From NCBI GenBank assembly GCA_035084275.1, contig CM068743.1, positions 91,016,001-91,080,000 on the forward strand: a stretch of DNA of 64,000 bases, written 5' to 3'. Shown here piece after piece: positions 11,752 to 25,957 of the stretch; positions within the stretch are counted from its first letter, which is position 1, and every line of letters begins with the position of its first letter. A model generated the notes under the pieces. It saw nothing but the letters and a program-made list of their open reading frames with translations. It searched no databases and was not told where the DNA came from. A program made the translations under genes and the position numbers. The DNA is from Hydrolagus colliei (Eukaryota).

Positions 11752-13797
11752 ACAATACTGGTTGGGCATTTGTTCCAAGAATGTTTTCTCTGTCTGCATA
11801 TACTAATGGTGAAGCATTGGAAAAGCATGGATAATGCTCTGTACAGAGGAACATTTTCTTGAGTACTGTCATATTTTTCATGTCAAAAAATAAGCATAAA
11901 AAGCTAAAGTGGCCCCAAACAACATGAAATCCAAGTCTTTACCAATAACTTAAAGTACTTCAATTCAGTTCAAGTTGGATTATTCAAGTTGGAGTTCATC
12001 TTTTTTTCATACTTTGACAATTCACATGAAAATATTAACTCTTAGTTTTACAGAAAGTCATAATCACCCCAGCCAACAAATTCCCCAAATAAAATTGATC
12101 CCCCACTCCATGGCTGTTTGTGGAACATTGCTGCTGCGTTTTGCCCACAAAATAAAGTAATTCCACTTTTAATTATACAATATTCTGTGAAGTGCTTTGA
12201 GACATTCCAATGACATGATAAGGTGCTCCATCAAATGCAAGGATTATTTTTATTGTTGTTATTATTATTGAAACTTGTCCAAGGATTAACAACCTCTGTA
12301 CATTTTTAGGTTTCAGTTCTGTACAATTCCACTCATACTCCAATTTTTTTCCACTCTTCTTTTTGAGCTGTCAGCAATGATAAAACATTATTAAAAAAAA
12401 TAAAAAGTGCTTAATCCAGTGCCTTGCTTAATTACCTTTGCTACTGGAACTATACCTACTTTACTTCTCTACTCTTTCTATTTAACATTTTTATACCCAA
12501 TGTATGTATTTAATTCCCTTTTACATCAGTTGCATGAGTGGTAATATGATCGACAGCACACTAGCAGCCACTGAGAACTTGGAAACATTCATTTTGATCC
12601 TGCTACATATCTATGATCAGCAATTGTTTTAAACCACCATTACTCTCCCACCATTGATCTCATTAATCTAATGATTTGAAAACTTCTGAAAGGAAAGTTC
12701 ACTATCTCACTGAATAAAAATATTGAATTATGAAGAATTTCTGGATTAATTTGTTGTGCGATATCTACCTGTTTTCATTCCCTGATATTGCCAGAAAAGC
12801 CACAGTTCCATAATTAGGAATTGGAAGATAGCGATTTGATTGCTATAAAATAAACCAAAAATTGGAAAATATTAATCATTTAACTGGCACACAGTGCACT
12901 ATTTCATGTTAAATTTGTCATCTAATTTAATTCAGTCCTGCTGTTTTATTCTTCCAATGTGGGAATAAATCTCAATTTACTTTAATTAGGAATAAAATCA
13001 GTGATGGGTCTAGAGGGGTGAATTAAGTATGCTTTGAACAACACAGCAAGGAAGGTAGCAGGTTTAATCTCCAGCAAAAAAAACATGAAGCTGACTTTTT
13101 CTAAAATACTTAAAGATCAAGTGATGGGGTTATAATATTGGTTTAATTAGAAATGTGAATATTGTTAAATAACAAATCATTGTTTTCCTTGATTGAGATG
13201 ACTTACCTTGATGAGGTGGCCAGTTTGATGCACCATTATCATTTTATGGTGCTGGTGAATTTTATTTGACATTACTGAGCTCTTAACACAGTTATTAGCA
13301 GTTGGTCAGAGTTTATTAATATCGATGCAGTTGTCAGATGAGCAAAGCATATTTTGGATGTATTTCAACATTTAAGTAATATGGGTCAGGGGATGTGAAG
13401 TTGCATCAATTGATCAATTGTACTGATAGGTTTGTTGACACAAAATAAATATCTGAAATAAGCAATCATATTTAACAAAGAAGAGCAATGAAAATATGTT
13501 TAGAAATTTAACTTTGGCATGAAAATGATCAATGAATTCTTTAATATCTTTGCATGTTAGCCATTACCTTTAATAAGAGAGACATAAAGCAACATGATGG
13601 AACAAACAGGATACGAAGGCCATGTCCCTAATTGACGGCTAGAAATATTAAAGAACATTATCAACACAACAAGAACTTGCATTTGTAAAGCGCAATTCAT
13701 GCAGGACAGTGTCTCAGAGCACTACATGTTTACAACCTTGACAACAGATATCTGTGGACAAGATGGAAGCCATACTCTTGGCTCTCATCAATGTCTT

Positions 13798-13990
13798 AAG
13801 AACATAAGAAATGTTAGACGAGAAAAGACGTCTAGTTCATCTAATTCGCCTTCCACCTTCCTTGTGGTCGCATGCACATATGTCCCAAACTATCTATGTT
13901 CTATATCCCATTTCTATTTCTTATTTCTAATCTGTGTTTGAAAGACTCAACACTTCCGGCTTCAACCACCTCCCTAGGACACAGATTCAC
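13798..13990 (-). mobile_element. CR1-type LINE 3' fragment
   Basis: AAGAACATAAGAA tail and CACCTCCCTAGGACACAGATTCAC, typical of CR1 3' ends. Confidence 0.5.
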
Positions 13991-13994
13991 TCCT

Positions 13995-14270
13995 GCCGAT
14001 CTAAACTCCTCAATCTCCCCGGGTTCTTACTCACACTCAATGAACCAGTGTGCAATCTTGGTGTCCGGTTCAAGCCCCAGCCGTCCTTCCTCCCCCACAT
14101 CCGGTCAGTGACCAGTACCGCTTTTTTCCACCACCACTACATTGCCCGTTTCCGACTGTACCTTACCTCAAATGCAGCCCAAACTCTTGTGTTCAAATCC
14201 CTCTGCCCCCACCACCCGGCTCAGAGTCAGGCATCAGGCTGTGCCACTGGACAAGCTGTTGTTGCTGTTA
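13995..14270 (+). mobile_element. L2 fragment
   Basis: VCNLGVRF.PQPSFLPHIRSVTSTAFFH in ORF 13934-14293, matching the 8385-8996 ORF. Confidence 0.8.
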
Positions 14271-14309
14271 TATCTAGGTATCCATTTCCTTAGGTTATAA
14301 TAATATAAA

Positions 14310-14730
14310 AATAATAACTCTTGGATTTAATATAGAACCTTTTACATCAGCACGTATCAAAAGCTTTGCAGGATTCACTGTAAAGTGAGTGACTGTATGT
14401 ATGTTGTAGCCCACAACACAGCAGCCGATTGGTGAATATCAACATCCCACAAGCATCCTGGAAGAGAATGACGGATTGTTAGATGGGTCTTTGTTAGCCA
14501 GGGCACCATGAGGTTTCATGGATTCCCTTATTTGGAAAAGTACCATTGGGTTCTTAAAAGTCCGCCTGAACAGACAGATGGGACCTTGCTGAAAATCTCA
14601 TTTTAGAGAAGTTACCCACAACAATGCAGTGCATCCGTAGTACTACATTGGATATCAGCCTAGACTGTGAGAGTTTAACTTCAGAACGGATTCAGAGGCA
14701 AGAGGGGAATCAACTGAATCAAGTTGACAT
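14310..14730 (-). mobile_element. DeuSINE/SacSINE-like SINE
   Basis: Deu-like core (CCGCCTGAACAGACAGATGGGACC) and head ...AACTGAATCAAGTTGACA in reverse. Confidence 0.7.
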
Positions 14731-14991
14731 ACGTTAATTAAGGGCATCTAATTCTACCCAAGACCTTACACATCATAGTTAATTTTAAAAAAAGCCATAT
14801 TTCTGTTTCCAGCAGGTTCCATCAGACTTCTTTATAAGGATTTGAAATGCACAAGGAATTTATGCAAAGTAAAAAAAATCAACTGAAACGTAAGTAAAAA
14901 AAATCAAACTATCACATAATATTCAAAATGGTGCGTTTAATATGACAAAATCCAAATACAACTTATAAGATGATTCTTCCCTCCGTCACAA

Positions 14992-15317
14992 TAGAGCACT
15001 CGCCTTGCAAGCAAGAGACTTGGGTTTGAGTCCTGGCAGGACTGGGCAGGTTTGCTTACTCCACACACTTGTGTTTATCTAGCAGTAAATAGGACCCTGG
15101 TTGTTAGTGGATTGTTTTTCCGGGAATATTACTTGTTTAAAAAATAATGAATTGGGCATTTCAATCCACGATTGTTTGTGGGATACCACCACAATTGACC
15201 GCCATGATTCGCCCACAAAATATTCAATTTACTTAAGAGTATATTCTGTGAAATGCTTTGAGATGGCTCATAGACATGATAAGGTGCTATATCAAATGCA
15301 ATAATTATTTATTATTA
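14992..15317 (+). mobile_element. tRNA-derived SINE
   Basis: AGAGCACTCGCCTTGCAAGCAAGAGACTTGGGTT head; GCTATATCAAATGCA tail. Confidence 0.85.
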
Positions 15318-15419
15318 CAATTACAAATGTACGGAAACTTTACTTTTTTGGGGTTGCATTTCTTTGAATTTATTTTTCCAGTCCATGTGAAACTATTGAA
15401 ATGTTGTATCACAATTTTG

Positions 15420-15729
15420 TATCATAAAATTTTCCTATATCGATATATCGGTTTTATATCGGTATAACGATATATACGGATATATCGAGGTTTTTTGCGC
15501 ACACATTCGGATATCCACAAAGCAAGTTGAAAAAGTCCGCATTATGCCGATATATACACCGATATATTGATATATCGCAGGAAACAATGTATTGATATTT
15601 GCGATATATCAATTTTTTTTATATAGCGAATTTTTCAATTTATCGATATGTTAAAAATTCCGATATTGGCATATCGATATGAAAATTATATCAGATATAA
15701 CCAATATATTGATATATCGTCGGACCCTA
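15420..15729. mobile_element. Non-autonomous hAT-like DNA transposon end with CGATAT subterminal repeats
   Basis: Dense CGATAT/ATATCG repeats in both orientations. It ends GGACCCTA (reverse complement TAGGGTCC), like TAGGG-ended hAT MITEs. The other terminus was not found. Confidence 0.6.
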
Positions 15730-16549
15730 GCAAGAACCAAGTCACTGACTACATGTACAATAAGGGAAAATATCTGCTTAAGGGAATGCTGAATCAATTT
15801 AAAAAGATATGTTACACTAGTTTTTTTCACCAATACAATTACCTGCTATACACTGTAGCAATGTGTGTATAATAATCAGTTATGTATTATCTGTTCCTGA
15901 ATGAAATGACTGAATACAAAAGGGAAAAAAACAACAACCAGGATATTTTGTTACTGAATTTTGTTATATGCTTTTTGGTTTATCTGCTGTACTTTGAGAT
16001 AATGGGGCTGCAATTTGCAAGCATGTCCCACTTGGTACCTTTTAACTGAGTCCTGAGTCAGATTATTCTAAACAAAGAAAGCACAGTATCTTCCTTTTGG
16101 AGAAAATTGCTGATTCTATTACCCCCAAATAATAATATGCTAAGACAAGCATGAAACAGAAGTGTGCAACTCAAGAACTGTTGACATGTAATTTGTTTAC
16201 TGAAAAAAAGCAGTTTGGCTTCCCTGAAGCTCATTGTTTGATAAATAAATGTTTGTTAAGTAAAGATACCTGCAAACAACAACAACAACAATTATACTGG
16301 TATAGCGCCTTTCACATCAGGGGGACGTCCCAATGCGCTGGGACAACAAAACAATAACTTGCATGACTATAATACTATATAAGACTATAAGAATGTATGA
16401 GATTTTAAGGTGTTGGTCTGATTCAGGTCAAAATAGCAATGCAGGTAAAAAAGAATTGAAAATAAGTTTGAGAAAGCTAGGGCACAATGGCTGAAAGCTT
16501 GAATATCCCTTTACTATGGTGGAGTAAAGGGATATTAAAGAGTGAAGGG

Positions 16550-17620
16550 TACAATACAATTTACATTCAGATAGCGCCTTTCCTGTTGGCATGGCATCTC
16601 AAAGTACTTGGCATGGCTGGCTGCGTACCTGAGCTGAGGGTAGGAGTCAAGGTGGGTGGGTGGGGGGGGGGGCGGGGGGCGGGAGCGGTGGTGAGGAAGA
16701 GGGGAAACATCACCAAAAGCATATTCAAAGAAATATGCTCCAGTGAGCAGCGGAAGAATGTCTGAAAGCTTTCCCTCTAATTGTGGAACAATGAGGACAG
16801 GAGACATGAAGCAGGCTAGTGGTCTCTAAGCAAAGAGAAAAGCCAGGTCAGCAAGGTTTAAGGAGGCTTATTGACCTCCTCATTCTCACCAGCAATCCCT
16901 CCATAGTCTTGCCCCACACCAAAGGTGTGGTGGAGTGAGACAATGGAGGGATTGAAGATGAGAATAAGAATCTTGTATTTATTGGGGGATAGTGAGCAAA
17001 AGCTGGAATGTGGACACAGACAAGATTGTATAGTTTAGGTGGGTAACACTGGCGATTTGGAGACCATGGCAAGGATATTGAAGTACTGAAATACTGAGAG
17101 CCATTGACATAATGGAGTTAGTAGGTGTGTGAAGCTTTGAGATGTCTCAACGATGTGATAAAGCATCATATCAAAATGTAAGGATTGTGAAGGGCAGAAT
17201 TATAGCTACACAGTTCAGTTCAGCAAAAAGTCATTGGAGAGTTGAGCAAAAAAGGCCAGTGAGGAAAGCATTTTAAAACCTATCCTTGAGATGCACACTC
17301 ATTGATAAGGGTTGCCGTGGCTTTGAGATAAGGTCATGATTGGGCAATATTCCAGAGGTGGAATAATGCAGCCTTGCTGATGGAACAATTGAAACTCAGC
17401 TCAGGGTCAAGCAGAAGAACACCTAAGTCAGTGCAAGCAAGAGCAAAACTAGATGGCTTCAATCTCGTTGACATTCAAATGCAGAAAACAAAGGCACATC
17501 CAGGACTTGATGTCAGTCAGGCGGACAGTCAGTCGGAACAGCAACACCTCTGAAATCAAGGATAATGACAGAGAGATAATCTTGAGTACATCAGTGTTTC
17601 AAACCGAATTACTAAAAAAT
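16550..17620 (-). mobile_element. Old fragmented L2
   Basis: Minus strand at ~17455-17530 reads LTDIKSWMCLCFLHLNVNEIEAI. Tail at ~16550-16610. Confidence 0.65.
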
Positions 17621-18582
17621 TGTAGAATACTATTTTGTGCTTATATTATTTAAATCGTACCAAATTCGTTGTTTTATTCAATATTTTTTATAGGTGTATC
17701 ATAACATGGCTGAGTGATATGCCATTCACTTGTGAAAATGCATACTTTCTTGCTTGATAATGTTACATGAACAATGGATATAAATAAATAATTCAGGCCC
17801 TGAGACTTAATTGCATAAAAGTGGAATTTGTTACCAGTTTAATGTAAATCTTCAAGCTTTTTACAGGCCTGAGCCTTTTCTTTCTTACCGAATATTTGTG
17901 AGTTAAAGTGACACTTTTATGCTCACATGCTACATAAATCAAATGGAGGTCCCAATCTTTCTCATCACAATAAAATAGCAGAGAGATTGAAGTGAAGACA
18001 CTCGCAGTCTAGGCTGCCAGTTGTTTGATTGATGCTCACACACTGATAGATCACTGTTCTTTTGCATCAACTCCAGTATTGGTACCTTGGGATTTATTTG
18101 CTTTTGTTTTTCAGTCCCACAGAACTGAAAACTGAGCGTGTGCAAGAGGTGGGGGCGGCAGGGAAAGAATGCAGAATTGCAGTGGAATGAGATCTGCATT
18201 GCAGTGTTACTTAACAGTACCCTGATACACTCATTCCTGTTTGCCCTTTGAGTCAGAAGGTTTGGGGTTCCAACTCTACTTCTGGGATTATGATCTTGCA
18301 ATCCAAGCTGAGACTCCAGTGTTGTTTTGGGGTAATGCTGCATTAGCAAATATACTGTGCAGTGTTAAACTAAGGTCTCATTTATTTTTTCATTAAAAAT
18401 TGATCAGATGATCTTACCCACCTTACTTCTGTATCCTTCTTAAACCCTACCAACTTGACTGCTCCATCCGCTCAGCAAGCTCTGGCCTGCTTCACATCCC
18501 CCGCCCTGCCCATCCCTCCATTGGCAGTTGGACTTTCAGCATATGTGCCCACAATCTCTGGATCTCCTAGAGTCCCGTTGAT

Positions 18583-18899
18583 TAATAATAATAATAATCC
18601 TTACATTTGATATAGTGCTTTTCACATCTTATTGATATCTCAAAGCGCTTCACAAAATATACTGTAAAGTGAATTGACTGTATATTTGTGGGCAAAACAT
18701 GGCAGTCAATTGCGCACAGCAGTGTCCCACAAACAGTTGTGGGTTGAAATGACCAATTTAAAAAAGATTTTTTTTTGAGGGAATATTATTAGGCATGTGG
18801 AGTAAGGAAACTCAAGGTTTCGCCCTGACCTGCCTGGATTCGAACACAGGTCTCATGCTTGTAAGGTGAGTGCTCCAACCACTGAGCTACAGGAGCTCC
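18583..18899 (-). mobile_element. tRNA-derived SINE, full length, nested in an L2 3' fragment (~18415-19050, +)
   Basis: Complete head to tail; the flanks rejoin as L2 3' sequence. Confidence 0.9.
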
Positions 18900-19739
18900 A
18901 ATTCAGTCCTTCCCTCACCTCCTTGAGGGTCAATCTAAAGTCCTTCTTCTTTGATCACAGCTTTGGTCACCTTTCCCCCACCCCTCACAAATACAACCCC
19001 TAGCTGGGGTGCAGCCCCCAATAGGGACAATGCAAAAAGTGCTGTATAGATTTTGAAGCACTCTGATTATTCAGCTTTTGGCTGCTAATGGGACCTTGCT
19101 GTGCAAATTGACTGCCGCATTCTATCTATAATACAATCATTAAACTTAACAGTTATTGCTATAAAGTGTTCATAGACTTTTGACATTAAAGGCATCAGAT
19201 GTAAGGATTATTATTATTAATCTTAGCTGACAGACCATTTGAGTCTTGCCACTGGTGGCAACTGTGAGCTTGATGGAGAAGCAAGATCAGTGGTCATGCC
19301 ACTGCACTCAATAGTTCAGTAAGATGACAAACATTCTCAGCTAATGCGTCACAGCCTACTTGCTAAATCTAATGCCTTCATGTGGCTGGTGGAAGGCAAA
19401 ATGAAGAGTGGTAAATTGATTTTTTGGTGACCTGAAATTTCTGGGGATTTTCTGTTTCTTATTGTTTGTTTAATGTGATATGGCATTGTGCACAATGCCA
19501 GATTACCTCTGTCTTTCTTTTACATGCTCTCCCTATGAGGGATTATGTGAGGGAGGTTATTAGGCTTCAAATGTTGGTTGTGTTCTTTCTGTTGATTGAA
19601 GCTTCATGCTGCCAATAATATATATTTATCCTCATTTCCCTGTTGTGGTAAGGTGATGGTGCACTCTTTTAGCCTGGGAACCCTCCTTAGTTTGAGTTAT
19701 GCTTATTAAAGTAAGATTCATGAACGTGTATCTTTTTGC

Positions 19740-20095
19740 CTCCCCAATTCCTTCCGCCATAGGCTGCAGATCATCCAGAACTCTGCAGTTTGTGTCTTCT
19801 CCCACAGCAACCTCAGCAAACTTTTCATTCCCATTCTCGCCTGACTCCACTGGCTTCCCATCACACAGAGGATTTAATTCAGGATCCTAGTCCTCACCTC
19901 AAGGCCCTTCATGGCTTCTGCAACCTCCTAATCCCCTACAAAATGTCCGTTCCCTCCGCTCAGTGGGCTCAGGCCTCCTTCATGACCCGTGACCCTCCCT
20001 GATCCCGACCTCAACTCGCGTCCGAAACACTGACCATCCAGCACCTTGGGACATACTCCCAATGTGAAAGGCGCTATACAAATGTAATTTTGCTG
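19740..20095 (+). mobile_element. L2 3' fragment
   Basis: CTCCACTGGCTTCCCATCACACAGAGGATT; GTGAAAGGCGCTATACAAATGTAATTTT tail. Confidence 0.75.
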
Positions 20096-20124
20096 GTTAG
20101 ATTCCAGATTAATTTAAGAATTCA

Positions 20125-21932
20125 ACATCAATCCCTTGTACTTCAAGTCAAAATATCTCAAAGGCTTTACAGAACTATTTTGTGTAAAGTATAGTTACTG
20201 TATATTTGTAGGAAAATGTGATAGTCGATTTACACAGAGCAATGCTCTGCAAACAACCATGAAGTGATTGCCAAATCATCTATTCTGATAAAGTATTGAT
20301 CAAGACATCAGGAAAAATAATTTTCTCTTTTCAAATACAGTACTTCCATGGGATATTTAATGTCAACTTGAACAGGCAGATGGGAACCTAATTTAATGTT
20401 TCATTCAAAGGACGGGGCCTCCAACAAAGTAGCACTCCCCTGACACTACATTTGAGTACAGGTAGACAAAGGCGTTCAGGACTTTGAAACTCCTCGTAAA
20501 GCGAGAATTTCGTTAAGCACGTGGGAGGTCGTTACTGTGTTTCCATATGTGGAAAAAATCTGTTTCGTTCCCAGCAGTGCCTAGCGCTAACAGCAAAGGC
20601 ATAAGATAGATAGAACTGCTATTGAAGGCTACAATACTTTAATTACAAGATGAAAAGATGAAAGAATACAATATAAAATGTTTGTTTTGGTTACCTGAAG
20701 AGTATTTTATTTTGTAAATTTTTAACACAATACAGTAACAAATCAAAAGTTCCTGTACTTCCCGTAATGAGATGAGGTGAGGAGTAGGGAGGAGGTCTTC
20801 GTTTTAATTGTTGCTGGAGGAGGAGGGGGAGGAGGAGTAGGCTGGGGAATTGGGAGAATCTGGTGAGAAAGCAAGAGAGTCAGCGGACGTACTTGGTACT
20901 GGTTCTTCGGACGATGTCGGCTTAAATAAACTGTCAATAGAAGACTGGCGACAGTTTTTCTTTTTTTCTTCATACAATTCTTGGTAGCAACGAATAGTTT
21001 GTTTGATGCCACAGGCATCCTTAATGCTACGATCCATTTCAAGATTGTTGTCTTTGCAAATATTAATTGCTTCATCTACATTCGAAAGAAAAGCTTTCAA
21101 AACATTCAACCTAAGAATCTTAGGCTCCTCACATAAATCATCAGCCTCAGCCATCTGTTCCTTCGTTAAATCTTGAATTTCTTCAGTTGTAAGCTTTCCA
21201 GGGGCCGATTTCTCATTTATGGAGATGTAGGTCTTCCAATTAAGCCCTGTTTCATCGAAGTTGAAAATTTGTTGCGGTGTATAACCTCCCTCCTTAATGA
21301 TTTTTCTAAATTCATCTGGATAATGTTCGGCAGCAGCAACATCCGCAGTAGCAGCTTCCCCGCACATCTTGATAGAATGTAGTTTGTATCGCTTTCGAAA
21401 ACGATCAAGCCACCCGTTGCTAGCAGCAAAAGTCTTTTTCCGAGTAGCGTCATGTGGTTGCCTAGCATCCTGCCGCTTAAGCTCCTCCCATACTGCACGG
21501 GCCTTCTCTTGAATGATACTAGCGGAAAGGGGGCAATGGCATTCGTTCTGGTCTTCGATCCATCTTCATTTCCAACGTGATGGACTTCCTTTTCTTCTAT
21601 GGAGTTGGTGATGTTGCTAATGGGCGTTTAGGTGTCATATGTGGTGTATGTAGCTTCATCAACTGAGACCGAGCGTGTGTTGCAGGGGCGGCCGGGATAC
21701 GAAGAAGCATGCGAGATTTAAACATTGGCTATAGCGAACGCAGCCTTTGTTAAGCACATAGGAGGTACAAATACAAACCCTCGTTATAGTGAAGTTTCGG
21801 TAACCGGGTGTTCGGTAAACGGGGTCTACATGTATTTGCCTAGTCTATGAGCTTAATGTTCTGATGTGGGGCTTGAAACTTCTAACTAAGAAGCTAGGAC
21901 GAGAGTGCTTCCAACTGAGTCAGGCTGACACC
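20125..21932 (-). mobile_element. DeuSINE-like SINE split by a Tigger insertion (pieces ~20125-20458 and 21833-21932)
   Basis: ...GCACTCCCCTGACACTACATTTGAG[TA] resumes as TTTGCCTAGTCTATGAGCTT...AACTGAGTCAGGCTGACAC. Confidence 0.75.
20459..21832 (-). mobile_element. TcMar-Tigger transposon with a deleted transposase
   Basis: Ends CAGGTAGAC / GTCTACATG with flanking TA. CENP-B-type helix-turn-helix (FAASNGWLDRFRKRY) and GEAATAD...GGYTPQQIFNFDETGLNWK are present; most of the DDE domain is deleted. Confidence 0.92.
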
Positions 21933-22189
21933 ATTATGAAAAGTAGATGAAACTGGCCATTAAGTCTTTGATACATTTTTCAATGAGTCATTATCAGGCA
22001 TGTTCGATTATTCAGTACTACCTGTTGCTAATCCTGTATCTTTATCTAGTAAATGAGATGATCCAATTGACATCTACATAGTGTTATTGTGGTGTAACCA
22101 TTGCATAGCTGTCGGGAAAAGTGTCCAAAATGTAAACAGGTTCTTATTCCTGATTGTCATGTAGCTCCCAAAGATAATAAGAGTGTTGA

Positions 22190-22422
22190 CAAAACAATGT
22201 CCCCACAAACAGCTATGAGCTGAATGGGAAATTTTATTTAGGGGATTGTTGGACCCGACACTACGAGAAACTCCTTTCTCTTTTTGATAGGTGCCATCTT
22301 TAACAACCGACTAAACAAGTAGACAGGACGTTGACTATATGAATTGAAAGTCCCAAAGTGAGGCTTGAAGCCACAATCTTCCGACTAAGGGTTGAGATTG
22401 TTATCAACTGAACCGCCTGACA
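22190..22422 (-). mobile_element. DeuSINE-like SINE (decayed)
   Basis: GGCTTGAAGCCACAATCTTCCGACT...AACTGAACCGCCTGACAC head in reverse. Confidence 0.6.
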
Positions 22423-23421
22423 CAGATGTCAATGTTACTGAGATCTTGGATGACAGTCAGTTTTATAAGTGAGCATACATAATGGAGTCCCTGGAGTAAA
22501 CTCTGGTTCCATTGAGGGCAAATTTACCAGGGACTGCTTGGTGATTTTACCAGTGAAATGCTTTTTAGATGCTATTATGTTAAAACTCTCCAGAATTTCT
22601 GGAGCATGTGGTATATTCTGTCTTTCTCACTTATGAGGCAGAACCATTTGGCTACTTTCTTTTTTGTAGTTATATGTGAATGTTGGTGCTACCCACAGAT
22701 CCACTCTTGCTTCTCAACATTAATTGCAGAATCCCTTTAACTATCCCTGGCGTCTTGAAGTTATTAAGACAGTTTCTTCACTCTCCCACATCCCTCTTCA
22801 TAGTAGAGATGCCGTCAATGTTAGCCTGTGCATTTTGACATTCACTTTCTGTGGATAGGACAAAATATACAGCCAATTCACTTTACAGTCTATTCTGTGA
22901 AGTGCATTGAGATATCTTGAAGCAGTGATAAGATGCTATATCAAATGCAAGAATTATTATTATTATAGATGCCTTTTGGATCCCAGAATTTTCTTTCTCA
23001 TTAATGTACTCCATTACAAAATTAACAACAACAACTAAACAACAAAATGACACTTGTATAGCGGCTTTCACCATAGGAGGACGTAAGAAGCTCTCTGACA
23101 CACCGTTTGTGCCTTTGTAGGATTTTGTCTCAGCTACTACTAGTTAAAATAAATTAACATTGTTAACAAAGGTCAAGTGTAAAAGTTGCAGTTGTTAAAA
23201 ACCTAAAAAAGCTGTTTCATTTGCATTCTATTTAATAGCTTCACATATGTAATCAACAGTACTGAAGATTTCACTTATTTTAAAGCAATCAACACCCCGT
23301 ATAGTGATAAAACACTGTGTGAGGTATAATCTTCATGTGCTTTCAGATGTCATGACGTTGTGATAAGGCACTATATCATATGCAAGGATTATTATAGCAA
23401 TGGAAGCTATATCAATAACAA

Positions 23422-23705
23422 GTGTCAGCCTGGCCCAGTTGGTAGCACTCTCACCTCTGAGTCAATAAGACTGAATTCAAACCCCACTTTAGCACTTCAT
23501 ACTCGCATAATCTAGGCTGATACTCCAGTGCTATATTAATAATCCTTGCATTTGATATAGCGCCTCATCACATCTTTGACCCTCTCAAAGTGCTTCAAAA
23601 GAATATGCTGTAAATTGAATTGCCTGTATATTTTGTGGGCAAAACGCGGCAGCCAAATATGCACAACAGTGTTCCACAAACTGTCGTGGAGTGAAGTGAT
23701 CAATT
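23422..23705. mobile_element. DeuSINE head (+, ~23422-23535) next to a tRNA-SINE 3' half (-, ~23535-23705)
   Basis: GTGTCAGCCTGGCCCAGTTGGTAGCACTCTCACCTCTGAGTCA, then the reversed family tail and body. Confidence 0.75.
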
Positions 23706-25647
23706 TAATATTATTACTTGTAGGATTTATCACCACCGGAAAAGCAATTCACGAATCAACTAACAATTGGGTTCTCCCAATCCTCCCAATATGAAAGGCC
23801 CTACATCAAATGCAAGAATATTTATTTAACATATAACATTGAGCAAACTGGCTACTGCCTCTAATTGTAAAGCAATATTGTATATTATATGTGAAGGAGA
23901 TAGTAGTTTATTTCCTGCTGTATGACACTGACTCATGGGTTGTTGACTCTGACTCAAGGATTGATTGGAGCTGAAGAAATGATTCATTGTCATGTACTAA
24001 ACTTTCACTGCTGTAAACAGGTATTGTCATGTGAGCCAACTTTCCCCAGTGGTTATGCTATTTGCATGTTCTGAAGTGAAAAACATGCCAGACTGGGATT
24101 GCCTGGACCGCTTCCCACTTGTTGGCCAGTTTTCAAGAAGCTGAATGCCTACGTTGGATTATCTGTGCTCAACCGAATAAATCTAAAACATTCCACAAAC
24201 TGGCATTATCTCTTTCAACGGAATTTCAACCCAAATGTCTTACACAATATAATACCTGCAATACGTTGATCTATCTCTTCTGCAGAACAACAACTTGCAT
24301 TTATGTAGCGCCCTTCATGCCATACGACATCTAGGAGCACAGAATATATGCTACACCTAAACTGATTAAACAGAGTTTGATTTTCAAGGTGCAGCACATA
24401 AATATAATTTCATGTCAGCAATAATATCCTCAAATAGCATATTTAAAATCCTGATGGGCATGTTAATGATTTGTAACCATGCCATTTGCTTATTGAGGCT
24501 ATTCTGGAGAATCATTTTGTTAACTAAGAATTTTGACTCAGATGATATTACACTTGAACACAAATTCAAGCTGCATGCTTAAAAGAGAGGATGATTGTTG
24601 ACTGGGAAATGAACACCAGATCTCTCTGAATTGCTGTCAGTTTAGATCTCGTTTTTTGGAAATCTGTACTGCTGGTGGTTTGGGGTTCAATTCCTTTTGT
24701 AATTATATGTCAATTTAAAAATGTGTCATTCTAAACAAAATTAACAAGGCTATCTATCTACTGTATCTTTTTGTCTCGCTGCCTGCCCAACCTCCATCTG
24801 TTTGCCTACCTGCCTGTCTATTCACTGCCTTTGTAGTGCTCCTCCTCCAAAGCTCAGAGATGACTGGAGTTCTAGGTCATTGCATACATAACTCAATCAT
24901 GTTCCCTCAGGATTACCTGCTTGTGTTTCCCAAGCAAAATGCATCTATCTTACACTAAAATGGACACATGTGCATTAAATCAATTCCCTGCTCGAATTTG
25001 AGGAGACGATGCAAAATGTTTGATGGTGAGGCATTTTAAATGATTTGAGCTAGTTTTAACACGCAAACTGGTTTGATTATTATATCCTGGGTTAATGAGA
25101 CGAGCATAATTGTTTTATTTTCCTCAGTGAGATGTTGCCTCTGGTTTCAACACTCATTGGGGTAAGGATTGTGATCTCATCTAATTACTGTGGAAGTTTT
25201 TGGCTATAGCTTGTCATATTAATCAGGCCCCAGTTAGCAAACACAGCTCACAGGCTTTAATACTGCCCAGAGATGGGGGTTACATAGCAGACCCAATGGT
25301 TGCACCTACAGTAGAGAAAGGGCTAGACTGTCACCATGGGGGGAAAATAGCTCTGCTTTCCTGCTATGTCAGTCTCAGAAAACACAACATGTTATCAGGT
25401 CTGATTTTTCATTTGGTAAGTCAGGTGTCTATCCATGTGGAAACCTATCACCATGCTTTACGAATATCCAAATTAAAAGGAGAGTTCCATGCATCCCACC
25501 TACACATAGAAATTTCCAAGATATATATTGAAATGGAATGAGCACTCTCTCCCTAACCTACTTCTGGAGAGTATTAGGTTGGCAAGGTGGCAAGAGTATG
25601 GGTTGGGGTGTTGCTGAAGTCCAACCAGCCAAAACTGCATACCTTTA

Positions 25648-25957
25648 GGAGTTCTGTAGTTCAGTGTTAGAGCTCTCACCTTGCAAGCGAAAGACCTGGG
25701 TTCAATTCCCAGCAGCGATAAACCTTGGGCAAGTTTCTTACTCCACATGCCTGATAATAGTTCCTCAAGAAAAAAAACCAGTAATAAATTGGTCACTTCA
25801 ATCCATGACTATTTGCGGGATACTACTGTACTCAATTGGCTGCTGCATTTCGTCCACACATATACAGTCAATTCACTTTACGGTATATTCTTTGAAGCTC
25901 TTTGAAATGTCAAGAAGACGTGAAAAGTGCTATCAAATGCATGGAATATTATTATTA
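25648..25957 (+). mobile_element. tRNA-derived SINE, full length
   Basis: A-box/B-box-like head (TAGTTCAGTGTTAG; GGTTCAATTCC) with a TTGCAAG loop, then body and ATT tail. Confidence 0.92.

Noticed and set aside
25648-25720. tRNA-Ala-like sequence (and similar heads elsewhere)
   Set aside because: SINE heads: degenerate, attached to the SINE body, no intact acceptor stem
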